DNA of 64,000 bases from Octopus sinensis (taxonomy: Eukaryota): contig NC_043003.1 of assembly GCF_006345805.1 (NCBI RefSeq), positions 15,252,001 through 15,316,000 of the forward strand. Direction: 5' to 3'. A program made the position numbers and the translations under genes. Of this stretch, positions 37,940 to 52,508 are shown piece after piece. The notes under the pieces are model-generated. The model did no database searches. It had not been told where the DNA came from and saw only the letters and a list, made by a program, of their open reading frames with translations. Numbering within the stretch: the first letter of the stretch is position 1; each line of letters begins with the position of its first letter.

Positions 37940-38510
37940 AAAATGCATTAGACGCGCAAAGAGATCCATCCATTCGATTTACCTTCACTCGAATTAGGGA
38001 TAAGTTTGAAGTTGCTGGAACTATTTAAAACGTCCACAAGAAACGTCCTAGAAAACCGCAGACATCGAAGAGCCCACCAACAACACATCGAACAGTACTG
38101 TCTAATTTCAGTAAAAAAATATTTACTGAGGCTAGTCTTCATCAGTAGGTAGCCTTTAGATTTTAAATATACACACAGCGAGATCCGCATGTAAACTCGT
38201 TGCCTGAATATTCAGACATTCCAAAAGCTGGAGCAGTTTGAATGGGAAACAGTACTAGGAACGTATTGCTTGTGTTCAAGATAATCTGTGTGGCAAGAGA
38301 GTGATGGGATGGGATTTTCAAAATCAAGCATCCATCGCATTTTGAAGCGCTGTCACTGGGAAAGTTACACTCCAAGAATAATCCGAGTTCTCAATGAAGA
38401 TGATCCGGACCGGAGAGCGGAGTTTTGCGAGTGGCACTTGGCAATATATGCAGAAGATGCACACTTTCTATAAAGATTGTTTGGAGTGACAAAGCTACAT
38501 TTTTACATTC
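37940..38510 (+). mobile_element. Degenerate Tc1/mariner-superfamily transposase (DUF4817-like HTH and start of DDE)
   Basis: FEVAGTI, SKSSIHRILK..YTPRIIRVLNEDDPDRRAEFCEW, IVWSD.ATF; interrupted by a 154 bp insert. Confidence 0.7.
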
Positions 38511-38554
38511 TCTGCATTTTCCCCGAGCATTTCTATAATCTTCAGTAAAGTCTT

Positions 38555-39180
38555 TTCTACTCTAGGCACAAGGCCCGAAACTTTTTGGGAGGGAGTCAGT
38601 CGATTAAGTCGACTCCAGTATGGAACAGGTACTTAATTTATCGACTCCGAAAGGATGAAAGGCAAAGTCGACCTCGGCGGAATTTAAACTCAGAACGTAG
38701 CGGCAGACGAAATACGTCTACGCATTTCGCCCGGCGTGCTAACGATTCTTCTTTTTTTTTACTGTCCACAAGGGGCTAAACACAGAGGGGACAAACAAGG
38801 ACAGACAAACGGATTAATTCGATTATATCAACCCTAGTACGTAACCGGTACTTATTTAATCGACCCCGAAAAGATGAAAGGCAAAGTCGACCTCGGCGGA
38901 ATTTGAACTCAGAACGTAGCGACAGACGAAATACGTCAACGCATTTCGCCCGGCGTGCTAACGATTCTTATTTCTTTACTGCCCACAAGGGGCTACACAC
39001 AGAGGGGACAAACAAGGACAGACAAACGGATTAATTCGTAACCGGTACTTATTTAATCGACCCCGAAAGGATGAAAGGCAAAGTCGACCTCTGCAGAATT
39101 TGAACTCAGAACGTAACGGCAGACGACATACTGCTAAGCATTTCGTCCGGCGTGCTAACGCTTCTGCCAGCTCGCCGCCT
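38555..39180 (-). mobile_element. Tandem cluster of 3-4 SINE-B units
   Basis: GAAAGGATGAAAGGCAAAGTCGACCTC repeated at ~38650, ~38870 and ~39067. Confidence 0.9.
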
Positions 39181-39792
39181 TAATCTGCAGTATATTATTA
39201 GGGAATACTTATTTATCAAAAACGAAACAGAATACTTGTTTATCAAAAACGAATTATGCAAATCATTTGTCCTAATGCATCACCCATTGTGCAAACACAT
39301 CACATTCTTTCAATTAAAGTGGAAATATTTCGCAAACCGTCGTCGCCAATTCTATTGTCCTTTCAATCACACGCTGTGAATTATCTTTTTTGTATATTTC
39401 ATCAGATTTTTTTTTGCTTTTTGGTTGACCTTATTTCATCAATTCACCTGTGAAGCATGTTTCTTTTATATATTTTTGATGCTTCTTCAGCGTGAGAAAA
39501 CGAAGTTGTGAACTCATTTTTTTTTTGTTAAAAGTATTTCTTTTTATATTAAAAAAAAACAGACAAACAAACAAAAAAAACAAAAACAAAAACAAAAACA
39601 AAGAAACATTGTTTTGAGTCTTTAAAACACATGCACGCGCACGTATACGTGTCTGTATAGTCATGCATACCCACCCTCCACCCTCATGTGTGTGTGTGTA
39701 TCTGTATATGTTGTATGTATGTAGTATGTATGTATGTATGTTATATATATATATATATTATATATATATATACAGATATATATGTATGTATG

Positions 39793-39826
<34 letters not shown>

Positions 39827-39853
39827 TACAAATATATATGTATGTATAATATA

Positions 39854-39917
<64 letters not shown>

Positions 39918-39920
39918 ATA

Positions 39921-40887
39921 TAATTGTTTATGAGCTGATATTGCTGGAGGAGTGACTCAAGAGATTACAGTTTCGTGTCAAGCCCTTGTCAAACAGTTTT
40001 TGACGAGTGCCTTGGTACAAAATCTCCTCTCTCCTTCTCCTTCTCGTTCTCTCTCTCTCCACCACACACACACACACACACCACACACCACACAAAAACA
40101 ACAACAAAAAGCTGTTTTTCAAAAGATTTAAGTAACTGCTTCATTAACAGAATATTTTCGCGGGCAAAAAGCAAAAAAAACAAAAAAAACAAAAACAAAA
40201 GAGATCTTTGTGGGTTAGTTTCAATCTTATATACCAACCGACTCTCGTCAGCTAGAACAGAGTTCCCAAACAGACTTATAGTGCTTATCAGCCACATAGT
40301 TCCGGGTTCAGTCCCACTGCATGCACCTTGGGCAAGTGTCTTCTACCATAGGTCTCCGGCCGACCAAAGCCTGTGAGTGGATTTGGTAGATGGAAACTGA
40401 AAGAAGCCCCTTGTGGGCCGTAAAGAAATAGGAAAATGAAAGAAGCCCGTCGTATATGTTATATATATATATATATATTATATTATAAATGTATATGTAT
40501 ATGTTGTATATTTGTGTCTGTGTTTGTACCTCCACCATCACTTGACAACTGGTGTTGGCGTTTTACCGTCCCGACACTCCCCGTACTTAGCGTTCGTCAA
40601 AAGTGGCCGATAGGATAAGTCTAGGTTTACAAAGAATAAGTCCTGGGGTCGATTTGTTCGACTAAAGCGGTGCTCTAGAATGGCCGCAGTCAAATAAAAG
40701 AATAAAAAAAATAAAAGTGCATATGCAGGTATGGCTGTGTTGTAAGTAGCTTTCTACCAACCAAATGGTTCGGGTTTCAGTCCCACTGCGTGGCACCTTA
40801 GGTAAGTGTCTCTGCTATAGCCTTGTGCCGACCAAAGCCTTGCAGTGGTAGATGGAAACTGAAAGCATCACCGTTGTATATATATGA

Positions 40888-40941
<54 letters not shown>

Positions 40942-41076
40942 TGTTTATGAGCTGATATTGCTGGAGGAGTGACTCAAGAGATTACAGTTTCGTGTCAAGC
41001 CACTTGTCAAACATGTTTGACGAGTGCCTTGGTACAAAATATCTCTCTCTCCTTCTCCTTCTCTTTCTCTCTCTCT

Positions 41077-41117
<41 letters not shown>

Positions 41118-41472
41118 CAACAACAAAAAAGCTGTTTTTCAAAAGATTTAAGTAACTGCTTCATTAACAGAATATTTTCGCGGGCAAAAAGCAAAAAAAA
41201 ACAAAAAACAAAAACAAAAGAGATTAATTTGTGGGTTAGTTTCAATCTTTATACCGACATCTCGTCAGCTAGAAACAGAGTTCCCAAACAGACTTATATG
41301 TGCTTATCAGCCACATAGTTCCGGGTTCAGTCCCACTGCATGGCACCTTGGGCAAGTGTCTTCTACCATAGTCTCCGGCCGACCAAAGCCTTGTGAGTGG
41401 ATTTGGTAGATGGAAACTGAAAGAAGCCCCTTGTGGGCCGTAAAGAAATAGGAAAATGAAAGAAGCCCGTCG

Positions 41473-41511
<39 letters not shown>

Positions 41512-42540
41512 GTATATGTATATGTATGTATTTGTGTGTCTGTGTTTGTACCTCCACCATCACTTGACAACTGGTGTTGGCGTGTTTACGTCCCCGTAAC
41601 TTAGCGGTTCGTCAAAAGTGGCCGATAGGATAAGTACTAGGTTTACAAAGAATAAGTCCTGGTGGTCGATTTGTTCGACTAAAAGCGGTGCTCTAGAATG
41701 GCCGCAGTCAAATAAAAGAATAAAAAAAATAAAAGGTGTATATGCGGTATGGCTGTGTGTAGTAGCTTGCTTACCAACCAAATGGTTCGGGTTTCAGTCC
41801 CACTGCGGGCACATTAGGTAAGTGTCTTCTGCTATAGCCTTGGCGACCAAAGCCTTGGAGTGGTAGATGGAAACTGAAGCATTCCCGTTGTATATATATA
41901 TATATCTATATATATATATAAATGATATGTATATGTATGTATTGGTGTGTCTGTGTTTGTACCTCCACCATCACTTGACAACTGGTGTTGGCGTGTTTAC
42001 GTCCCCGTAACTTAGCGGTTCGTCAAAAGTGGCCGATAGGATAAGTACTAGTTTACAAAGAATAAGTCTGGTGGTCGATTTGTCGACTAAAAGCGGTGCT
42101 CTAGAATGGCCGCAGTCAAATAAAAGAATAAAAAAAAAAGTGTATATGCAGGTATGGCTGTGTTGTAAGTAGCTGCTTACCAACCAAATGGTTGGGTTTC
42201 AGTCCACTGCGTGGAACCTAGGTAAGTGTCTTCTGCTATAGCCTTTGCGACAAAGCCTTGCGAGTGGTAGATGGAAACTGAAAGCATCCCGTTTTGTATA
42301 ATATATATATATATATATATATATTATGTATATGTGTATGTATTATTTGAGTGTCTGTATTTGTCCTCCTCCACCATCGCTTAACAACCGATGGTGGCGT
42401 GTTTACGTCCACGTAACTTAGCGGTTCGTCAGAAGTGGTCGATGGGATAAGTATTAGGCTTACAAAAAATAAGTCCTGGTGGTCGATTTGCTCGACTAAA
42501 GGCAGTGATCCAGCATGTCAAATGATTGGAACAAATTAAA
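39921..42540 (+). repeat. Tandem duplication of a ~1017 bp unit with SINE-A copies, followed by partial repeats
   Basis: GAGCTGATATTGCTGG(G)AGGAGTGACTCAAGAG at ~39931 and ~40949; SINE-A body repeated at ~40300, 41320, 41750 and 42150; copies differ mainly by 1 bp indels. Confidence 0.85.
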
Positions 42541-42550
42541 GAATAAAAGA

Positions 42551-42633
<83 letters not shown>

Positions 42634-42654
42634 CATCCATCCATCCATCCATCC

Positions 42655-42718
<64 letters not shown>

Positions 42719-42939
42719 CTGACTGACGGATGTGATGTCGTTTCGGCTCCGAAGGTAATCATTTATTTTGACTATTTAAAAGTGTATATTGACAAACATT
42801 TTTGCTTAAAAGTTGTACAACAACATCCACTGTAAACCTTTGATAAATATCACACAAAAATTTTGCCCCTTGTGGGCAAAATTTAAAAGAAAAAATTCTC
42901 ATAGCCTTCGTGGTTTCATTTAGCCATTTTATTTCCAAA

Positions 42940-45087
42940 ATGGCCACTGGCCACCACGAGGCTAAGTTGCAAGTGAAGCGTGACGCAGAAACAGAAAAAC
43001 AGGATGCCCTGTTAGCATACGCCGAACCTGACAACTCCACCACCACCAACAGCAACAAATACAAAACAAAGGTCGCAAGGCCAAGCACCGTCAACACCAT
43101 CAGTGAGTCCACCACCACCACCAACACCATGGCAGAATCTGCTACTAAAACTGCTATCCCTACTAAAGATATCGCCACCAATAACATCACCATCACCGTC
43201 ACCAAAGACCGTGCTGTCAATGCTACTAATACTACCAACACCACCGCCGTCACCAAGAACGACAATAACAACAACAACAACGACGACGACAACAACAATT
43301 CCCTTCAACCACTGCTCACTCCATCACCAACAAGTGAAAAAATAACGACGACAAGCAAACGAAATGTCGAATTTTGCCCTAGTGCAGGACTAAAGTACGC
43401 AGGCAATTTTCCACCCCTTCCTACTTGCACGATCGAACCTAACACACCAATTTTACAAACTGCAGCCAACAACAACATCACCACAAGCAACAACAATAAC
43501 AAAACAACAACAAATTTCGCTGAGGCGATTAAAGAAAAAAAAACAACAATATACTTTACGGCTCAACAATTACAGGACACGAACATCAAAATAACAGAAT
43601 CAGAAGGTATCGTAAAAATAACATACCAGAAGATATTTTGGAAAATGAAAAAAGACGAACAATCATTTATAAAATAGTTAACAAAAAAACAAAAATCCCA
43701 GAGAAGGCCAACACAGGCAAAATAGAGAAGTGCTTGAAACCCATCTGGGATCACAAAGAATATGTAACCTGGTGGAACAAATTTGCCCACATACAAGTCG
43801 TTTTCTACACCGAAGAGTTAGCTAGACATTTCTCAACGCTAACTCTTCACTCAGATGAACTCCAACTTACACCAAGCTATCGGGGACAGAAAGTGACTAA
43901 GATCACTCTAAACAATGTCCCCAAAATAGCCAATAGTCTATGGCTTGTAAAGGCTTTATGCGTAAAAATGGCGAATTATACTATTTTGGAAACCACAGTC
44001 ACAGAGCATAAAAACTGGGTGGGAAAGAAAATAGAATTTCTTCTACATATACATCATGAAGATATAAAAAAAATACCCACCCAGATATGTGTATCAGACG
44101 ACCACAAGTTATATGTGGTCGTCGATGGCAGAAGACCACGTTGTTACATATGCGGCAGTGAGCAACATCTCAAAAAGACTGCAAATCTGCCGCAAGAAAA
44201 CAACAGCAACAACAACAGCAGCCGGAAACAAAAACAAATAAACAAGGTTTACTACCCACACCACTTTTTGCAGGAACAAACCTCACCAAACAAACAACCA
44301 CACCAACTGCAGCACCAAGAACAGAAGCAGCATCACCAACAACAACAACCAAGAATATACCAACTCCCAAACCAAGGACATCTGCCAAAAAGACACCAGC
44401 ATAAATGAATGAAGAAACAATTACAACTCCAAATCCCACACAAAATTGAGACCCTAAACAACACAACAATACCCACAATCACTCAAACACAAAATACCCA
44501 AACCCCACATCCAAAACCGCATACACCACAACCAAACGCTCACCAACCAACACCAACAACAAAACCAACACAGTCGACAATAGACCCCAATACTTTCCCT
44601 CTTCCAGACTCCGATTCGTCTGATCTGTCATTAGACGAAGAAGACACGGAAGATTGGCAAATAGCCACAGGGGGGAGAAGAAAAAGGGGAAAAAAAAGAA
44701 AAGAAAAAATAACAAACAAAGCGGGAAGATACACCACTCCCGAAACAAAAACATCCACAGAAAACACACACATCAACACAAACACACCATCATCAAACCC
44801 CCCAAAAATGTTGACAGCCATAAACACAAACAACCACGACCTAATGGAACACATTAGGTCAAACACTAACATTACTGAAAACGACATAAAAACAAGTAAC
44901 CACCCACACACAACACCACACAACACATTAAAATAATACACGTGACACAGAACACATACAGCACCCTGAAATCTCTTACCCTGATGCAGTAGGGAGATTT
45001 CAAAAGTACTCATCAAAAAAACTGTACAAAAGCCTCATAGAAGAAGACCGTGAGGTGAAAGACAAAGAACTTTCGAAAGACAAGTAA
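42940..45087 (+). pseudogene. LINE ORF1 (T/N-rich N-terminus, RRM-like region, CCHC knuckle), disrupted
   Basis: KITLNNVP, VVVDGRRPRCYICGSEQHLKK(DC); C-terminus similar to the copy 1 ORF1 remnant; frameshifts and stops near 43670, 44150 and 44406. Confidence 0.85.
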
Positions 45088-45129
45088 CCTTTTCTCTCTC
45101 CTTTTCCTTTTTTGCACTTTTATCGGAAC

Positions 45130-48100
45130 ATGCTCAGAATAGGTAGTATAAATGTACGTGGCTTGGGGTCGCCTTGGAAACAAGGCTACCTGTTAAATGA
45201 CATCAAGTCACTAAATCTGAATATCATAGCCATCAGTGAGACCAGACTCCACAGCTTGCGGGCACTCCAGCACATTTTCGGTACACATTTCAACATTTAT
45301 TTTTCTCCGTGTCTACCGAGAATGGGCGGAGGTGGCACCGCGGTGCTTATCCGGAAGAGTCTGGATCTCAAAGTAAGAGCAAATTTCCTAGACCCGGAGG
45401 GTAGGCTGGTCGTTTTGGATGTCGATGGCAGCAATGAGTGTGCTTTTCGACTGATAGCAGTTTATGCTCCGTCCTTAACAGGCCGACCAGATTTCTTTCG
45501 ACGTCTAGAGTCTTTCATGGGAACGTCTCGTCCTTTACTTTTAGTGGGGGATTGGAATGCCACCCTGGACACGCATCTAGACTACGTGGGCAGAGATAGC
45601 AATAGAAGGGGATGCAAATGCCTCAAAGACCTGCTCAGACGTTTCCAACTGTCTGACAGGTACCGACTGGACCACCCGAATGTGCCAATGTGGACATGGA
45701 GTAACCGCATCGGGTCGTCCAGATCATACTTAGATAGAGTATTCTGTAGGACAATAGATAAAAATAGTGTAGGTTGTCCACAATTTCATATAGTCAGTTA
45801 CACAGATCACAAGTTTGTGACTTGTACACTTGACTTAGATAAGACACATAGGCAGGGTCCTGGTTACTGGAAACTGAACGCGTCTTTTACAGCACGACAG
45901 GGTTACAGGGACCGGATCAGCACATTAGTTAAGAGAGCTTTGACGGGTACCATCATCAACAACAGATGGTGGTATGCCCTAAAAAAAGCGATTAAAGCAG
46001 AATCAGTCAGTCATACAGTAGAGCCCTAGCATTAGACCGAAATAGAGTAGAGGGAGAATTAGTTAAGGTTTTAGAAGAGGCACTTAGAACTGGCATCGCG
46101 TCCAACGTACTGGCGGCGAGATTGGCCCTCGACCAACACCTCAACGCCAAACACGAGGGATGCGTTGTCAGAGCTAGGATGCGTGCTCTGAGGAACGAAG
46201 GAGTTGGAGCCGCCCAAGAGGCCCGAGTGGTGGAGACGCAACGAGGCAACAGAGCCACCATCAAGTCTCTTATAGATGAACAGGGGCGCGAATTGCTCGA
46301 GCCTAAAAGGATGTGTGGGGTTTTTCAACAACACTTCACCCAACTGTTTGGGACAAGTGGTGAGTCAGAAAGCAGAGTGGACTTTAGTGCCTACCTGCAT
46401 GCCTTGCCACGACTCTCAGCAAGGGAGGTGGAGTCTTGTGAAAAGCCTATCACAGCTGCGGACGTACAGGATGCGATGGTAGGCTGCGCGAGAGACAAGT
46501 CACCAGGCTTGGATGGTCTGCCCTACGAATTTTATTTTCATATGCCAGACTTGTTTGGAGGCGTCTTGGCAGCTGTCTACTGCAACTGGCAGCAGAACGG
46601 GAGTATTCCTGCTTTTGTAAAGCGAGGAGGAGCAGTGGCACTGATCAAGAAAGACCCAAACAAGGGGGACGTCATAGATAATTTCAGGCCCATCACTCTG
46701 CTCAACGCAGATTTGAAAATTTTGGCCAAGGTGTTAGCCGAGAGGTTGGCGCTTGTCATCAAGAAACTAATCGACAAGGCGCAAACATGCGCCGTGCCGG
46801 GTAGAAGTATTCATGACAACCTCCATCTGATGCGCTACATCATAGACAGGGTAGTTAAAAATCCTGGCATGGGTGGGGCGCTGATCAATTTGGATCAATC
46901 AAAAGCCTTCGATAGGGTAGACCATCACTACTTGGAGGCTGTCCTCAAAGCGGCTGGTTTCGGTCCAGTTTTCCGCGGTTGGATCGCTGCCTTATACAGC
47001 GGCCGCCGCTCAGTAGTTCGCGTAAATGGTCATCTATCCAGACCTTTTAACATCATGCGTTCGGTTCGTCAGGGATGCCCCCTCTCATCGCTGCTGTATG
47101 TACTGACTCTTGAGCCACTACTGCGGAAACTGGCGACGCTGAGGGGCATCCCACGAGAGCTGGGATGCGGGAGGAGCGTGTCTGCATACGCGGATGACGT
47201 CACCGTCATAGTGTCGAGCTACGAGCACATCGAGCTGGTCGGCGAGACACTGAAAGAATACGAAGCGGTAACGGGAGCAAAAATTAACCGGGAAAAGTCA
47301 GTGGGCTTGCGGCTCGGCACCTGGAGAAGCAAGCCCATGCCGTCCAACAGCGTCTCCATCGTGGGACGCTGGACGGACGGACCGGTTAAATTGCTCGGGG
47401 TCTGGTTCGGTCCGGACCTCCAAATGGAGAAGAACTGGGGCGAGATAACGACTAGGGTGGCTACTCTCACCCAGAAATGGACTGAGAGAAAGCTATCCCT
47501 AAAAGGTCGGGCGGAGGTGGCGAACGCGTACATCGCATCCGTCATCGAGTACCGTCTGACCGTCGTGCCTTGTCCCGACCCTACCATCACCAAACTGGAA
47601 CGCATACTCTTCCGCTTCTTGTGGAAGGGAAACGTTCCGATGGTTAGGCGATCCATTTGCTGCCAACAACCCGCTAAATGGAGGGCTGGGCATGCCGTGG
47701 TTGATGATGCGCAGACATGCGCTGAGACTGCGACATCTCCGGCGCTTCATAGACAACGGTGAACAGGGGTGGTCGCCTTTTGTGCGGCGCGCTTTCCCGC
47801 AGCTCGTCTCCTTGGACGAACTACAGTCATGGATCAAGCAGAGACCGAGGCTAGGCGAATGGCACCGTGAGTGTCGCGTTGCTCTCAAGCAACTCTGCCG
47901 TCCGGGATCGAACTTGTGCGACTCCATCACAACAAAGGCATTCTATAGAGGATTAGTGGAGGGGAGGTGCGACGACGAACTCGGGCAGAGTCTGGGCGTC
48001 GACGAGGAACACCTGACCCGCCTGTTCAGGACAACTTTCGGGCCGGGACCTATGAACAATCACCAAAGATCCCTGGCCTGGCAGTGCTATCGAGAAGCAT

Positions 48101-48573
48101 TACCTGTTCGGGATAAGCTCTACAGACACGGTTCCAGACACACTGGACCGACTTGCCCGAGATGCGGTCAGAGCGACGAAACCGTTCTGCACGCACTCGT
48201 GCAATGTCCAACCATTTCCGACCTGTGGGCTTATGCCGAACGGCTGCTGTCACGTGTGGGACGAATCCGCCTATCGGCCGAGTCTATCGTGAGAATTGCT
48301 CCGCCCCCTTCCCTCAACCGGGAAGGCAAGGCAGTTTTCATCGTACTGGTGGCCATGGTGAAAGAATGTGTGTGGTGGACTCGAGCGAAAGGATTAGAGA
48401 CAAACACTTACCTCTCTGGCCAATCGCTCATCAACTTTTTCAAGTACCACTTGAAAAGGAAGGTGAGAATGGAGAGGGAAGTTTTGTCTCGCGAAAGATT
48501 CAAAAAAAGATGGGTGAATGTTGCAAAGATGGTGCGTGCTAGTAACGAAACCATTTTGAGCATGATCCTGTAG
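45130..48573 (+). pseudogene. LINE ORF2 (APE, RT, C-terminal Cys/His), two frameshifts
   Basis: INVRGL, ISETRL, VGDWNA, SYTDHKF, SPGLDGLP, DQSKAFDRV, VRQGCPLS, AYADD, CPRCGQSDETVLHALVQC; breaks near 46015 and 47680. Confidence 0.95.
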
Positions 48574-48894
48574 ATCGTAAAAAAGAAAAAGAAGAGAGCA
48601 TTTTTGACCTCATGTGTTTATTCCTCCCTGACTGGGGTTCCCGTGGTCTTTTCTGTAGGCTTTTCTTCCCACGGATGAACCCAATCTTGTTATATCAATG
48701 TTTACACCATTATTTCTGTGATACACGATTTTCCTTTTTTTCCTTTTTTTTCCTCCTCTCGATCCCTTTTGATCGCAATCTTACATTTTTTTTATTTTTT
48801 TTCCCCCTCGAAAAGAAAAGCTCTGCATTTGTATTTGTCCCCTCTGTATTCAGCCCTGTGTGGCTAATAAAAGAAAGTTATCTATCTATCCATC

Positions 48895-48957
<63 letters not shown>

Positions 48958-49029
48958 ATCTATCTATCTATCCAATCATCCATCATCAATCATCCATCCA
49001 TCCATTATCTATCTATCTATCTATCTATC

Positions 49030-49064
<35 letters not shown>

Positions 49065-49076
49065 ATACATCATCAC

Positions 49077-49160
<84 letters not shown>

Positions 49161-49534
49161 ATAATAATATTAGGGTAATAAGAATTTTAGAAATTATTAT
49201 TACCAGCGGCCTAGCACAAAAAAAAATTAATCAATAGACTATATATTATTCACATAAAAATATCGTGTACATTAAAACACATTAAGAGCCTTGTGCTAGA
49301 AAGAGCAGTAGAAAACTCAAACCACTAATTAGGGATAAATTCTCGAAAGGATTGAAAATTAAAAACGTTTACCATCTAATTTAGTTCCTAGACCAGGGTT
49401 TCTGTCTAATTTCAGTAAAAAAATATTTACTGAGGCTAGTCTTCATCAGTAGGTAGCCTTTAGATTTTAAATATACACACAACGAGATCCGCATGTAAAC
49501 TCGTTGCCTGAATATTCAGACATTCCAAAAGCTG

Positions 49535-49860
49535 GAGCAGTTTGAATGGGAAACAATGTCCCACCCACCATATTCGCCGGACATTGCCCCATCTAATTAT
49601 CATTTATTCTGCAGTCTGAAAATCATTTGAACGGAAAAAATATGAATTCTGTAGACGAGATCAGAAGAGTACGGGAGGAATATTTTTCGTCACGGACAAG
49701 GGAATTTTGAAAGAAGGGCCTTGCAAGTCTACCAGATAGATGGAAGAGCATTGTAGAAAATGAAGGAGGGTATATTTTAGATTAAAAAAGAACTTTGTTA
49801 TCTTAATTTTGAAAAATAATAGAAGTATAAAAAAAACCCACATTATTTATAGGCTGACAA
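49535..49860 (+). mobile_element. Mariner transposase 3' fragment
   Basis: EWETMSHPPYSPDIAPSNYHLF..LPDRWKSIVENEGGY. Confidence 0.85.
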
Positions 49861-50819
49861 TATATATCATCGAAATATATTCGTTATGTATCTAAGTCAC
49901 TAATTTGCTATTTCAACTTATAATAATTCCTATGTGTTACTAATACTTTTGGCTTTGAAATCTTATATCACTTTGATTTGTTTGTTGACCTCATTTATAT
50001 GATTCATCTCCGAGGTTTTTTTTGTTACTATTTGTTTCCTGTGCCTTCAAGCGAGCGCATACGAAGCAGTGCATTTAATTTGCTAGGAAGGTTAATCGTA
50101 TTTAATATCATTGATTCATAAGGTTGCTACAAAGCTTGACATCTAGACGGGACGGTTATAGTTGATTAGCTCCAACAAGGTGCCACTAACGTCGACATGA
50201 AAATAAAGTCAACCTTGACTGGTTTTAGACTTAAGAATGTTGAAGATAATTACATGTAGGTAACGATGGTCGGGAAACTCTCATAATCCGCACTAATTTA
50301 CGAGCAATAACAAAGCGTTAGCCACGCCTGCGCCTATTGTTTTAAACACCTATACTATCGAGAGTAGACACAGACATCCTCACGGCCCTCCTTCTTTTTG
50401 CAAAGTGGAACGCCACAGAGGTGGTAGCAGGTAGAGAGACAAGGTTGCACCAACAACTGGCTGGTGCACGTTTTCAGCTGAATAGATCAGGGCAATGTGA
50501 AATGGTGTGCATTGCTCAAGGACATAACGTGCCACTCTGCCCAGGAGTCAAAAGTACAACTTTATAATCGTTTTCCATTTATACCCTAACCACTAGGACG
50601 TGCGCCTTTACAGTCCTCTGAACGAAGTTTTTTTAAAAGTCAAGATATTTTGTCAGATTTTGGACTTCCTACTTCACCAATCATAAGTTCAAATTACGCT
50701 GCAATAAATAAAAAGATTCTAAAAAGGAAAATTGGCTTGAAATGGTGCTGGAAATTCTGATTCAGTTAAAACCCGTGATACGAGATAAAATCCTTAACTT
50801 AATAAAGGTGGCTGTGAAG

Positions 50820-50820
<1 letters not shown>

Positions 50821-50856
<36 letters not shown>

Positions 50857-51450
50857 ATTTGGCTCAAAAGCAAATAGCAAGGCCATGTAGGGGGACATGG
50901 AGTTAAGTACAGGGTGGTGTTCACGTAAAGAGTTCAGGCCACTTGAGGTCAAGGGAGGCTTTGAACAAAGCGGTCGTCGGCATCTTCACCATCTCGTCTG
51001 GCAGCTTGTTCCACGGATCCGCAACCCGGACGGAGAAAGCTCCTTTCCTTCGATTGAGATGAAATCGTCGCAGGTAGAGCTTTTCGGAATGACCCCGCAG
51101 CCGACGCTCTGGAGCAGGAGTGAAGAACAGCTCTTTCGAGAGGTTACACTTTCCGCTTATGATGTTGTGGGCGAGAATGAGATCACCACGACGGCGGCGT
51201 TTTTCTAGAGAATAAAGGTCGAGCGTCCTCAGCCTTTCTTCATAGGACAAATTTTTGAGACCATGAACCATGCGGTAGCCAGCTTCTGGACTCTTTCGAG
51301 ATGCTGTATGTCTTTGAGGAGATAAGGAGAAGAGGCTTGAATCCCGTACTCCAATATGGGTCTCACCAGCGTGACATAGAGTGGTAGGAATATGGCTGCT
51401 GTGAGCATTCCGAGTTGAAGGCCTTGATGCTACAAATGCGAAATCTCTAA
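50821..51450 (-). mobile_element. CR1-clade LINE 3' fragment with (TAAC)n tail
   Basis: LSYEERLRTLDLYSLEKRRRRGDLI..RGHSEKL..FSVRVADPWNKLP..FKASLD. Confidence 0.9.
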
Positions 51451-52109
51451 TCACTTCAAGTTTTTCTGCCTTCAACAAAGTAAAGCTCATAAGGCAGAGT
51501 ATCCAAACCCGGTGATTTGCTCCCCCGTGCAGTAAACCATCACTTCTCGTGTCCCTGCAGTTTTTATAACACCTAGCCGAGAATCGAGCTAGGTACTGAA
51601 ATCCATTCTGTGTTCTAGCCCGCCACATGTCCTGAACATTCGAGTAAAGTGCTGTTGAAAAGCAGCATACATCTGCTTTCCCCGAAAATGCTGGCCTTGT
51701 GCTAAAATTTGAAACCAATAGTAAGGCGGCGAACTGTGAGAGTTGTAAGCACGTCGGACAAAATGCTTAGCGGTCTTTTTTCCGGTTCTTTACGTTCTGA
51801 ATTCAAATGCTGCCGAGGTCGACTTTGTCTTCCATCCTTTCGGATTCGATAAAATAAGCCAAAGGTGAGCATAAGGGTGGATGCAACTGATTAGACCCCT
51901 TCCTTTAAAATTGCTGGTCTCGAGCCAAAATTTGAAAGAATTATTATTATTTCTTGTCTTGAAAAGACGTTTAATTATTCACAGTTCCGTTATCAATTAT
52001 CCTGTGTGAATATTTTTCAAATTTAAGATGATTTTTTTTGCTTTAATTCATTTGCATTTAACTAAACAAAGGCCAGTACTCAGTGTCTTTCAATTTTTCT
52101 CGTTTTGAT

Positions 52110-52508
52110 ATATATATATATATTATATAAAATCCGTTCTGTCTGTCTGTCTGTCTGTGTGTCATCTAGGATCTCGGGCATCCTCCATCCGATTGCGCTC
52201 AAGTTTGATATGTAGATACCGATGGTATCAGGGCGTGTATAAGTCTTCAAAAAAAATTACAAAAATCGATTCCAGGTGAGAATGCAATCGATAAAGCCGA
52301 GGGAACGTGCATTTGTACGCGCAAGTACATCAGCTGCTGCGATCGATACTACGCGCACGCGAGAACAATGCACGTGCAGTTTGCGCAAAAAAACCCAGCT
52401 GCCTTGAATTAATGCCACAAAATGCAGTATATTTAAGAGACCAAAAAAAATTTGGTTTAAATGTTTGACAACTCAGCACCGTCCATTGGACGGGGGGCGT
52501 TTTAACTC

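Larger units (their letters stand above)
42719..48877 (+). mobile_element. Near full-length (~6.2 kb) Tx1/L1-clade LINE copy 4, flanked by (ATCT)n (42551-42718 and 48879-49160)
   Basis: 5' UTR, ORF1, pyrimidine spacer, ORF2, 3' UTR ending GGCTAATAAAAGAAAG; no poly(A). Confidence 0.97.

Noticed and set aside
39445-39495. CTGAAGA..GAAAC on the minus strand
   Set aside because: Helices I and II do not pair; too degenerate to call.
45084-45137. GT..pyrimidine tract..AG mini-intron that would fuse LINE ORF1 and ORF2 in frame
   Set aside because: Only 54 nt, and the equivalent splice in copy 1 (10547-10489) is out of frame; more likely just a pyrimidine-rich spacer.
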